From: Desulfovibrio sp.
GTDB taxonomy: Bacteria > Desulfobacterota > Desulfovibrionia > Desulfovibrionales > Desulfovibrionaceae
Reading direction: 5' to 3'
Assembly (NCBI GenBank): GCA_016208105.1
Contig: JACQYS010000019.1
Coordinates: forward strand, 76,494-140,493
Length of the DNA stretch: 64,000 bases
The first letter of the stretch is position 1. Each line of letters starts with the position of its first letter. Below are positions 55,522-64,000 of this stretch, piece by piece. The notes under the pieces are model-generated. The model was not told where the DNA came from. It made no database searches and saw nothing but the letters and a program-made list of their open reading frames with translations. The position numbers were made by a program, and so were the translations under genes.

Positions 55522-55698
55522 CCTGGCTCCTGTTTTCACTATAGATCGATTAATAGATATAGTAACACAACTAATTATACGTTCTATCAAATAAAGCACG
55601 GACGTCATGTTGAGTCAATCTCTTTGAAACCTCCGCCAGGCTTGCCCCCGGGAGATTTGCCGGGCATGATGTTTTGCATCTTTCATCTGGGAGCGGAC

Positions 55699-56193
55699 AT
55701 GGACGAAAAGCGCAGGATTCTGGTGCTCGGCGTGGGCAACATTCTCTACACCGACGAAGGCGTGGGCGTGCGTTGCATGGAAAAGCTGGAGAGTGAATAC
55801 GAGTTCTCGGACAACGTGACTCTGATGGACGGAGGGACGCTCGGCATGCGCCTGATGGATGCCCTTCTCAACTGCGATACGGCAATCGTGCTGGACGCGG
55901 TCCTGGGCGGACAGGAACCGGGCACCATCTACCGCTGCACCGGGGATGAGCTTCGCAAGTCCTTGGCGTTCAAGGATTCCATGCACCAGTCCGACCTGGT
56001 GGACACCCTTATCTATTGCGACCTGATCGGCAAACGTCCGGATGCTGTGGTCATAGGCATCGAACCGCACGACTACCAGACCATGTGCGTGGAGGTGTCC
56101 GAGGTGCTGGCAGGCAGGTTAGACGACATGGCCGCGTTCGCGCTCAAGGAAGTGGAGGCGGCGGGGGGCACGTACTCAGCCCGCGCCAAGTAG
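55699..56193 (+). CDS. hynC: [NiFe] hydrogenase maturation endopeptidase (HyaD/HybD/HynC family)
   Basis: Start MDEKRRILVLGVGNILYTDEGVGVRCME...MDGGTLG...LDAV...HQSD are typical peptidase A31 motifs. 164 aa. The track ORF is over-extended upstream into the antisense of the beta-helix gene. Confidence 0.88.
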   Translation: MDEKRRILVLGVGNILYTDEGVGVRCMEKLESEYEFSDNVTLMDGGTLGMRLMDALLNCDTAIVLDAVLGGQEPGTIYRCTGDELRKSLAFKDSMHQSDLVDTLIYCDLIGKRPDAVVIGIEPHDYQTMCVEVSEVLAGRLDDMAAFALKEVEAAGGTYSARAK

Positions 56194-56252
56194 TCGCCTG
56201 AACCTGTGCACCAGCACCGCCCGCTTTAAACAGTATCCGCTCTGGAGGCCAC

Positions 56253-57884
56253 ATGCCATTCGTCCGCATGCTTGCGGTGTTCGCCGCAGCCACTCTTCTC
56301 ACGACCCACGTCTGGGCCGCCGAGGCCAAGCCTTACCGCCTGACCATCCTGCACACCAACGACATCCACGCCCGCATCGCCGAGTTCAATAGCTTCGGCC
56401 AGACCTGCACCCCCGACGAATCCGCCAAGGGAGAGTGCTTCGGCGGCTACCCGCGCATCGCCGCCACGGTGGAAGCGGCCCGCAAGCAAGGCGGCAACCT
56501 GCTCCTGCTCGACGCGGGCGACCAGTTCCAGGGGACACTCTTCTACACCGCGCTCAAGGGCAAGCCCAGCCGGGACGCCATGAACACCCTGCGCTATTCG
56601 GCCATGACCTTGGGCAACCACGAGTTCGACGACGGCCCAAAGATGCTGGCGGACACTTTCCTTACGGGCCTTTCCGTCCCTGTCCTGGCCGCCAACGTAG
56701 ACGCCACGGCCGAGGCGTCCCTCAAGGGGAAATTCAAGCCCTGGTCCATCTTCACCATGGGGGGCAGAAAGATCGCGGTCATCGGTATCGCCAACGAGGA
56801 CATCGCCAAGCTCTCCAACCCTGGCCCGGACATGACTTTCACGAAAGCGGACGAACCGCTGCGCCAGGCTGTGAAAGACGTTGCCGCCCAGGGAGCGGAC
56901 ATCGTGGTGGCACTCACTCACGTGGGTTTGCAGCGTGACAGGGAACTGGCTGCCAATGTTGAAGGCATCGACGTCATCGTTGGCGGGCACAGCCACAGCC
57001 TGCTCTCCAACACCGACCCAAAAGCGGCCGGGCCGTATCCCGTGGTGGCGTCCTCTCCTTCCGGCAGGCCCGTGCTCATCGTTCAGGCGGAAGCCTGGGG
57101 GAAGTACCTGGGCGACCTGACCGTGGATTTCGATTCGAAAGGAATTCCCGTGGCCTGGGCCGGTGCGCCGATCACCCTCAACGCCACGAAACCGCAGGAC
57201 CAGGCCATGCTGGCCAAAGTATCGGCCTGGCAGGAAGAGCTGAAGCCTCTCCTGGGCCAGCCCGTGGGCAAGCTCACCGAACCTCTTCTGGCGGATTGCA
57301 GGCATGGAGAGTGCGGCCTTGGTGACGTCATGGCCGACGCGGTCCGCCTTTCGGCAAAGAGCCAGGGCGTTCGGGCCGCGTTCATCAACAGCGGGGCCGT
57401 GAGAGCCGGGCTTAAGGCCGGGGATGTGAGCCTGGGCGACCTGCTCACGGTCTATCCCTTCACGGACAACGTGGCCACCTTCGAGCTCTCCGGCAAGGAC
57501 CTCCTGGAGGTGCTGGAATACAGCGTGGGCCTGGCCACCCAATCCGGGGCCTCGGGCTCCGGGCGGTTCCTGCAGTTGTCGGGACTTAAAATTTCCTTCG
57601 ACCCGCGCAAGCCAGTGGGACAACGGATCGTCACCGCGGAGATATTGGACCCGGATGGGGGCTACTCGCCGGTGGGCCCGGAAAAGTCCTATCCTCTGGC
57701 TTCAAGCGGCTATTTGCTCAAGGGCGGCGATGGATACGCCATGCTCAAAGAGAAGGCTAAACGGGTTTACGCCTTCGGTATGCCCATAAGCGACGCCCTG
57801 GCCGACTACTTCTCCAGCCACTCCCCCCTTTCTCCGAGGCTGGAGGGACGCATCGTCAACCTGGGGAATGCGTTGACGAAATAA
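56253..57884 (+). CDS. periplasmic bifunctional metallophosphatase/5'-nucleotidase (UshA-like)
   Basis: Signal peptide MPFVRMLAVFAAATLLTTHVWA, then ILHTNDIHAR, DAGDQFQGT, GNHEFD and GGHSH metallophosphatase motifs. A C-terminal 5'-nucleotidase substrate-binding domain follows. Confidence 0.9.
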   Translation: MPFVRMLAVFAAATLLTTHVWAAEAKPYRLTILHTNDIHARIAEFNSFGQTCTPDESAKGECFGGYPRIAATVEAARKQGGNLLLLDAGDQFQGTLFYTALKGKPSRDAMNTLRYSAMTLGNHEFDDGPKMLADTFLTGLSVPVLAANVDATAEASLKGKFKPWSIFTMGGRKIAVIGIANEDIAKLSNPGPDMTFTKADEPLRQAVKDVAAQGADIVVALTHVGLQRDRELAANVEGIDVIVGGHSHSLLSNTDPKAAGPYPVVASSPSGRPVLIVQAEAWGKYLGDLTVDFDSKGIPVAWAGAPITLNATKPQDQAMLAKVSAWQEELKPLLGQPVGKLTEPLLADCRHGECGLGDVMADAVRLSAKSQGVRAAFINSGAVRAGLKAGDVSLGDLLTVYPFTDNVATFELSGKDLLEVLEYSVGLATQSGASGSGRFLQLSGLKISFDPRKPVGQRIVTAEILDPDGGYSPVGPEKSYPLASSGYLLKGGDGYAMLKEKAKRVYAFGMPISDALADYFSSHSPLSPRLEGRIVNLGNALTK

Positions 57885-57935
57885 CTGAACTCGAGCGAGT
57901 TACTCCGCCTCTCTACTATTTGGGGGATCATTCAT

Positions 57936-60332
57936 TTGAAAGCTAAAAGCATATTTATCCCGGCCGAGGAGAACGCCTCACCCGTGCCAGGAGAATCAGT
58001 AATCCTAATGATCATAGTTGTCATAGGCTTTATACTGCGTTTCGCCTGGCTGGATTCCCCAACCCTTATGCGTGACGAGGCTCTCGTGCTGTTGGCAGCG
58101 GAGCAAAGCCCGCTCTTCATCCTCATTCGCGCCCTTGCCACTGATGCGCACCCCCCATACTTCTATTACCTATCCAAGTTACTCCTGCTTTTCGGCCATT
58201 CCGATTTCGCAACCCGTTTCTTTCCAGCCCTGGCCGGAACTGCAGCAGTCTTTTTTCTGCATCGCTTTGCGGCACGCCTGATCTCACGTGAATCCGCACT
58301 TATTGCGGCAGCATTGCTGGCCGGGTATTTTCTGCACATCCAAATTTCGCGTACAGTGAGACCCCATCCTTACATCGTCTGCCTCACCATCGTTTCCCTT
58401 TCCTGGCTCCTGGATTTTTTGCGCGCCCCTTGCCGCAAAAATCTGATAAAGCTTACCTGTCTCAATCTGGCACTTTTACTCTTCCACTTCAACGCGCTGC
58501 TTGTTGTGGGCTCACAGATGTTCCTCGTAGGATGTCTACTTCCCGGATCGTGGCGGTCGCAAATCCGATCTAACCTCATACAATTTCTAATGATAAGTTG
58601 CGTGTCTATGGCTGTAAATCTTCCCATGTTCATCTACAGACTGGGAAAATTCCCTGGATTTGACCTGAACATCTCCATGCTGTGGACCCTGGAACGAAGT
58701 ATCACCAATTTGAACAAATTGATGGCAATCTTCCCCTCCGAGACTTCAAATATAGCCGGGTGGCTATTGTTCGGTTTGGGCATGGGGCTTCTTTTTTCTA
58801 AGAATTGTTTTGCGTTCTTTTTTCTTGCTTCTAGCATCTTTCTTCCGATTATTGCTCTTATTCTCGCCAAGTACGGATTATTCTATGAACCTTGGCATCT
58901 ATCTTTCATCATTCCATGCTTGTTGACGGTTTGTGCACACTCTCTTGTATGGCTCTTACGCATTCAATTTCTTGTCAAGGCAGCGGCTCTCGCCATCCCA
59001 ATTTGCGCTGCTGTGACCATCTTTCTGTCACGCTACGATGCACTCTATTCTATACAAGCTTCAATCTTCGGATATGAGGAATGCAACAAGAAGATCGCCT
59101 TAGAGTTGCCACGCGGGTTGGGAAATCCACATTCTGTTTTGTTCAACCAAATTTTTGAGCTCAACTTTGTCAATTGGTACACTCGCCAGTTCTCATCACT
59201 TAATCTTAACCACAATTCCCTCACGCCAAAAGATTCCAATGTAAACCTTGCCCTGGTGGCCAGTGGCCCCATCTATTCTGACGCGGACAACCCAGTTGAG
59301 GTTGCCCGGAGGGCCCAACAACTTCTGACTGACTTCGGCAAGGAATACAGCATTGACACACTCTCTTGTTCAACAATCCACCGTTGGAATTACGCCAGAT
59401 CTCCAGGCATCCGCTTGAACTCATATCCAGCAAAAACGAGTTTTACGGCCTATGCACCCGAGTTTCTGAAGAAGGTCTGGCAGGCCCAGGACGTGCAAAT
59501 ATACTTATCTCCCTTGGCGCATGTGATTTTCCCTTCCGCCTTTGACACCCCAGGAAGCTTCACTGTCCGATATCAGAACGACACACCTGTTCCAACCACA
59601 GATATAACCCTTGATCTGCACTACGCATTGGAAGGAAGTGGCAACAGTATGGTTGTGACTTGTTCCTTTGATGACGCTCTAGCACAGGAAGTGTTCTCCT
59701 CTTCGGCCCAGGCCGGAACACATCCTAAACGAATTATTCTACGCGCACCCAACCCATATCGAACCGTGGATGTGACTTGCACCATGACCTCCTCTAGTCT
59801 CACTCCTAGTTTCTACACCATGAGCAACGCAGTGAGTTTCAGCAAGATGGAACTGACCATCTTGCCTACTCCGCCAGAGGAGTTCCTCCTTGACCTACCA
59901 GTTGCCATACGTGACCTATCTCAGGTTGAAAGCACACCCGAGGGCTCCTATCGTTGGGGAAGCGGGCCAGAAACAACACTTCGTTTTAACGTGCCAAAAT
60001 CTGGACGCATACGTTTAGAAATGGGACTAAACAACCCAATCCCTGGGCAAGGATTCACGGTGCTTATCAACGATTCCATTGTAAAGCGCCTGGAGAACTT
60101 ACCCGCAGCCCCTTGGCTCCAGAACGCTAAAAGCGTACTTCTCGATGTCGACGTTAAGGCAGGAGATAATACGTTGGTTCTGCGCTATGACCTCTGGAAC
60201 GGTAAACCCCAAGCTTCACCTGCTGTCAACTTCGCACCAGGAGACGGTCGGGCTTTGGCCATGGCCTTCACCAGCTTGCGCTTACTTGCCCCAGAATTTG
60301 CAGGGACATCCCTGTCTGTTGAAGACTATTAG
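57936..60332 (+). CDS. PMT/ArnT-like (GT39/GT-C) polytopic glycosyltransferase with ~380-aa extracytoplasmic C-terminal domain
   Basis: About 12 TM segments. The first loop (RFAWLDSPTLMRDEALVLL...DAHPPYFYYL) resembles the GT-C/PMT_2 DE-containing loop. A TTG start at 57936 has gggggа-like purine run ggggga 8 nt upstream; an alternative ATG is at 58008. GC is low. Confidence 0.7.
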   Translation: MKAKSIFIPAEENASPVPGESVILMIIVVIGFILRFAWLDSPTLMRDEALVLLAAEQSPLFILIRALATDAHPPYFYYLSKLLLLFGHSDFATRFFPALAGTAAVFFLHRFAARLISRESALIAAALLAGYFLHIQISRTVRPHPYIVCLTIVSLSWLLDFLRAPCRKNLIKLTCLNLALLLFHFNALLVVGSQMFLVGCLLPGSWRSQIRSNLIQFLMISCVSMAVNLPMFIYRLGKFPGFDLNISMLWTLERSITNLNKLMAIFPSETSNIAGWLLFGLGMGLLFSKNCFAFFFLASSIFLPIIALILAKYGLFYEPWHLSFIIPCLLTVCAHSLVWLLRIQFLVKAAALAIPICAAVTIFLSRYDALYSIQASIFGYEECNKKIALELPRGLGNPHSVLFNQIFELNFVNWYTRQFSSLNLNHNSLTPKDSNVNLALVASGPIYSDADNPVEVARRAQQLLTDFGKEYSIDTLSCSTIHRWNYARSPGIRLNSYPAKTSFTAYAPEFLKKVWQAQDVQIYLSPLAHVIFPSAFDTPGSFTVRYQNDTPVPTTDITLDLHYALEGSGNSMVVTCSFDDALAQEVFSSSAQAGTHPKRIILRAPNPYRTVDVTCTMTSSSLTPSFYTMSNAVSFSKMELTILPTPPEEFLLDLPVAIRDLSQVESTPEGSYRWGSGPETTLRFNVPKSGRIRLEMGLNNPIPGQGFTVLINDSIVKRLENLPAAPWLQNAKSVLLDVDVKAGDNTLVLRYDLWNGKPQASPAVNFAPGDGRALAMAFTSLRLLAPEFAGTSLSVEDY

Positions 60333-60376
60333 TCCAAAGAGTATCCAATTGTGTCGACGCTTGACGCCCCACCGTC

Positions 60377-61600
60377 ATGCTCCTAGCATCCGCCGCCGTG
60401 AGTAAATCCCCTCTTTTCAGGTCCCTGCGGCACCCCAACTACAAGCTCTACTTCTGCGGCCAGCTCGTCTCTTTAACCGGCACCTGGATGCAGTCCACTG
60501 CGCAAGGATGGCTTGTCTACAGGATTACCGGGTCGAGCCTGGCTCTTGGAGTGGTTGGGTTCGCGGCCATGATCCCGATTCTTCTCTTCGGGCTGTTCGG
60601 CGGGGTGCTGGCCGACCGTTTTCCCAAACGCAGCCTCCTGGTCTGGGCTCAGGCCCTGGCATTGGTCCAGGCCACCGCCCTCTGCCTGCTCACGCTGTCT
60701 GGCCATATCGAAGTGTGGCATATCGTGCTGTGCGCCGCATTCTTGGGCCTGGTGAACGCATTGGAAATCCCCACGCGCCATTCCTTCGTGGTGGAGATGG
60801 TCGGCAAGGAGGACCTGCATAACGCCATCGCGCTCAATTCCTCGATCTTCCATCTGGCCCGGGTGGTCGGCCCGACCTTGGCCGGATTACTCGTGGGCTG
60901 GGTGGGTGAAGGCTGGTGCTTCGGCTTAAATGCCGTAAGCTTTCTCGCTGTGATAGCGAGCCTTCTGGCCATGCGCCTTGAACTAGCCACAGTTGCACGA
61001 CGTGAGGCCGGGGTGCGCGAGCACCTGATGGAAGGAATCCGCTACGCCTGGAGTACCCCCCTGGTGAGGTCCATCCTGCTGCTCATATCCATGGCCAGCC
61101 TGTTGGGAGCATCAGGCATTGTCCTCTTGCCCGCATTCGCCGGAGACGTGTTCAAGGCCGGTCCCCAGGGGCTGGGCTACCTGACCGCATCCTCGGGTGC
61201 TGGCAGCATCGCGGGTGCGCTGTACATGGCCAGCCGGGGAGAAGCCAAAGGGCTGCGCAGCCTGGCCATGTGGGGCTGCGCCGGGCTTGGCGCGGCTCTG
61301 GTCCTGTTCGCCCAGGCGCCGCACTACTGGATTGCCGTGGCGCTTATCGCCCCTTCGGGCTTTTGCCTTATGGTGCTCATGCCCAGCTGCAACACCATGC
61401 TCCAACTGGCTGCTCCGGACGGGATGCGCGGACGGGTGATGTCCCTCTACACCATGCTCTACATGGGGGTTGCGCCGTTCGGCGCGCTCCTGGCCGGAAG
61501 CCTGGCCCAGTGGCTGGGCGCTCCCCTGGCCGTGACCATACTCGGAGCTGGATGCCTGATCGGAGCCCTGGGACCGGGACGGTCAATCCACAAGGCTTGA
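60377..61600 (+). CDS. MFS transporter (EntS/MFS_3-like)
   Basis: 407 aa with 12 TM. The N-terminus NYKLYFCGQLVSLTGTWMQSTAQGWLVY and GVLADRFPKR are typical of this MFS subfamily. GC is high, unlike both neighbours. Confidence 0.88.
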   Translation: MLLASAAVSKSPLFRSLRHPNYKLYFCGQLVSLTGTWMQSTAQGWLVYRITGSSLALGVVGFAAMIPILLFGLFGGVLADRFPKRSLLVWAQALALVQATALCLLTLSGHIEVWHIVLCAAFLGLVNALEIPTRHSFVVEMVGKEDLHNAIALNSSIFHLARVVGPTLAGLLVGWVGEGWCFGLNAVSFLAVIASLLAMRLELATVARREAGVREHLMEGIRYAWSTPLVRSILLLISMASLLGASGIVLLPAFAGDVFKAGPQGLGYLTASSGAGSIAGALYMASRGEAKGLRSLAMWGCAGLGAALVLFAQAPHYWIAVALIAPSGFCLMVLMPSCNTMLQLAAPDGMRGRVMSLYTMLYMGVAPFGALLAGSLAQWLGAPLAVTILGAGCLIGALGPGRSIHKA

Positions 61601-61887
61601 CATCTTTGTACCGTAGTGTGCGTTTGTGTGGTGGTAGAGCAGACACAACATATCGTTACCCTGTTTATCCTGGAACCTTCGCATCAGCAGATTCAAGTAG
61701 AGAGACCTATTACTCATTCTTTCAATTGATCGAAGAGAATAATCACGCTTGAATGCTTATTCTTGAACATATAACTATCATTTCTCCAGACGCCCCCCCC
61801 ACAACAACACCAACTTCTTACGTCTCAGAAGAGTTCCTGCATACCTTGTTAAATCGTGAGATATTTACACTTGTAAACATCTAGAAC

Positions 61888-63474
61888 TCAACGTGGTTGT
61901 TTAAAAAAGATGCTCCCGTCCTTTTGGAAGAGTTGGGCGCCGCTACCTATAAGTCTGACTCTTACGGTTGTATCGTTGGGGTTAAGTTTGTCAGCAGAGA
62001 AGCCGTAGCGAGCCCCGACAGGCGACCATTGTCCATCGTCTTGATACTTCACCATATTTGCAAGGGGAACCCAGGCCCCCTCCAAAAATGCCTCCACCGT
62101 GACCCACCCTCTGTTGGAGAAGATTCTGGGGAAACATGCCAGCACCCCGTTTGTGTTCTCCAGAACTAGGCGCAAAGTGACCACCCCTTCTTCATCAGAA
62201 TTGTGGGGAGTTAATTCGCACCAACCATCCTCATCCGTGTGACCAATGACAATATTTTGCGTCTCAATGTCTCGCGCGAGGACGGGCTTATCCGTACTTC
62301 GTGGGCGTCCGTAGCCAACGAAGTGCTCTCCCCAGGCAAAACGAAAGGCAAAGTGGGCGTCCACTTGGTCGGATGCGGGCAGGGTGCAGTCGTTCAGAAA
62401 CTCAGCTAGAAATTTGTTTGTCTGCAATTCAGCGAATATATGTCTGGCAACAAAGAAGTCAGAATATGGAGTATAATGCATTTCATCAGTGAAGACCCTA
62501 TAGAGTAGAGGAGAGCGATCACTAAGAGCATCAATGAGAATTTGAAGGTCGACCAGGGGCGCGTCGAGCTTACGGGAAATCTCATTGTTTATTCTGCTCA
62601 CGTAGCTTCGTCCAAACTGGTAAAGTTGAATATTAAAATCATAAGGGATACGCGCCGCTTCCGACTGCGAGGAAGCTTTGTCGCGCGTAATCCAACCATA
62701 ATTAACCAGTGTAACCCCGATGCCCTTAGCTTGGCGCTCTCTGATGAAAGATTCTATGTTACCTCGGAACCCAAAGGCCTCCATTTTTTTTTCCATGATG
62801 TCATTCAATATCAGGGTGCTAACTGCCTGCTTGGCAAGACGATAGAATGCTAGGCGCTCGAAGGTGTGAAGCACCTGGGCCAGGATGGACGTTTGCCTTG
62901 GGGTGGTGTTAATAAGTTTTGTGAAGATTTCGCGTTGCTTTATGGCCTCATTGATATCTTCAATAGCGGCGGCAGCAACTACGTCATTGAGCCCATCCAT
63001 AAGTAAGTACATGTCCGGAGACAAAGAATCCAATTCTGTTTCAGCTCGCAGACGTGTATGCCAACTATGATATCCCATCATACCGGCGTTAATGATCTCA
63101 ACCTTCTTATTGCAATTAGCAAGCGCATAATCGAACAAGGATTGAAGAACGGGAGGATAGGAATCTAGCTTTGAGTTGTAGACGCCCAAGGTAGTGGATC
63201 CACCGATGCAGATGATCCGAAAGGTACCCGGAGGTTTGGCAATAGACACCACGTGCCCGGCAAATAATCTGCTCTGCTGGTCGATGTTGGACAGCTGAGA
63301 GACGAGCCTATAGCCTAGTTCGTCGTCCAGTACAGCGATGTCCTTAAAGGCATCAGGCAATTTGGCTTTGAACGTGGCGGGGAGAGGTGAAAGAAAACGT
63401 ACGCACAATTCAAGGCCACCGAAAAAAAGTACTAGCGAAAGGACCGCAAGAGCAACATTGGAAAGTATTTTCAT
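61888..63474 (-). CDS. membrane-anchored SGNH/GDSL-type hydrolase with extra C-terminal domain
   Basis: N-terminal TM, then SGNH blocks: ICIGGSTTLG (I, Ser), NAGMMGY (II), LMDGLNDV (III, GxND) and TDEMHYT (V, DxxH). There is a ~170-aa C-terminal domain of unknown fold. GC is low. Confidence 0.7.
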   Translation of the reverse strand: MKILSNVALAVLSLVLFFGGLELCVRFLSPLPATFKAKLPDAFKDIAVLDDELGYRLVSQLSNIDQQSRLFAGHVVSIAKPPGTFRIICIGGSTTLGVYNSKLDSYPPVLQSLFDYALANCNKKVEIINAGMMGYHSWHTRLRAETELDSLSPDMYLLMDGLNDVVAAAAIEDINEAIKQREIFTKLINTTPRQTSILAQVLHTFERLAFYRLAKQAVSTLILNDIMEKKMEAFGFRGNIESFIRERQAKGIGVTLVNYGWITRDKASSQSEAARIPYDFNIQLYQFGRSYVSRINNEISRKLDAPLVDLQILIDALSDRSPLLYRVFTDEMHYTPYSDFFVARHIFAELQTNKFLAEFLNDCTLPASDQVDAHFAFRFAWGEHFVGYGRPRSTDKPVLARDIETQNIVIGHTDEDGWCELTPHNSDEEGVVTLRLVLENTNGVLACFPRIFSNRGWVTVEAFLEGAWVPLANMVKYQDDGQWSPVGARYGFSADKLNPNDTTVRVRLIGSGAQLFQKDGSIFFKQPR

Positions 63475-63749
63475 CTGATAATCATTCGAACGTGGGAATG
63501 AAAACTGTCATCATCGGTCGTCTATTGAACCAAATAACCAAGGCCGTCAAACGGGAAGAATGACTGTCATTCTCCATCGAGACCATATCAAGGAATACAT
63601 TCAACCCTCGATTGTCAAAGGCCGGAACATTATCCGTTTTGAAAACCTATACATAGTCACTCCCCTTACGGCCTGCAGATTATGTTCTCATTGAGATTTT
63701 CCGATAGTACTTACCACATCATCTATGCTGATTTCTTTGGCCCCTCTCC

Positions 63750-64000
63750 TCACAAAAATCCTTCAAACTCGGACGAATCCATCACTTCCGTCTTCAACAA
63801 TTTTTGGGCCACAGCGTCGAGCTTGTCCTTGTGCTCCTCAAGGATGCCCCGCACCCTGCCGCGGGCGGACTCCAGGATTTCCTTCACCTCGGCATCGAGC
63901 TTGGCCGCTGTCGATTCGCTGTATTCCTTGCCCACCAGGGGCGCCTGTTCGGGGTTCAGGAACATGGGCCTGGCCTGCCGCGGGTAGGTGGAAAGCCCCA
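63750..64000 (-). CDS. ftsH: ATP-dependent zinc metalloprotease FtsH, C-terminal end only (N-terminus off the right edge)
   Basis: ...PMFLNPEQAPLVGKEYSESTAAKLDAEVKEILESARGRVRGILEEHKDKLDAVAQKLLKTEVMDSSEFEGFL matches the FtsH C-terminal helical region. The frame is open to position 64000. Confidence 0.85.
   Translation of the reverse strand, partial: GLSTYPRQARPMFLNPEQAPLVGKEYSESTAAKLDAEVKEILESARGRVRGILEEHKDKLDAVAQKLLKTEVMDSSEFEGFL

Overview
This is a high-GC chromosomal segment. Spot counts of single 60-nt lines give about 65-75% GC in core genes. It most likely comes from a Desulfovibrio-like sulfate reducer. That placement is an inference from a periplasmic [NiFe] hydrogenase HynBA with a Tat signal, a small Desulfovibrio-type ferredoxin, and many Fe-S/CCG-type redox proteins. 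No rRNA, CRISPR array, transposase or integrase was seen. One tRNA is present (tRNA-His).

Housekeeping genes: murA, comEC, trpS, mltG, ruvX, a gnd-zwf-pgl operon, htpX, hsp20 and the 3' end of ftsH.

Notable modules:
1. 8.4-11.9 kb: a phosphite-uptake and oxidation operon (ptxABC plus ptxD).
2. 25.4-29.7 kb: a glutamate-synthase-like FMN protein plus a NarL-type two-component system, bracketed by two paralogous 59-60 aa coiled-coil proteins.
3. 36.35-40.8 kb: the most unusual locus. It is an Mre11/SbcD-like nuclease gene nested between the pieces of a Rad50/SbcC-like ABC ATPase that is split into three ORFs. The break falls just after the CxxC zinc hook. The whole block sits 5 nt downstream of a Cys-rich PAS histidine kinase.
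4. 40.9-50.1 kb: an eight-gene, translationally coupled Wsp-like chemosensory pathway whose output is a receiver-PP2C phosphatase.
5. 50.5-56.2 kb: hynB-hynA and hynC, interrupted by a low-GC, opposite-strand insertion that encodes a beta-helix protein.
6. 57.9-63.7 kb: a compositionally mosaic envelope-modification region (PMT/ArnT-like glycosyltransferase, MFS transporter, SGNH hydrolase).

Many long ORFs in the six-frame track are antisense or out-of-frame shadows typical of high-GC DNA and were rejected.
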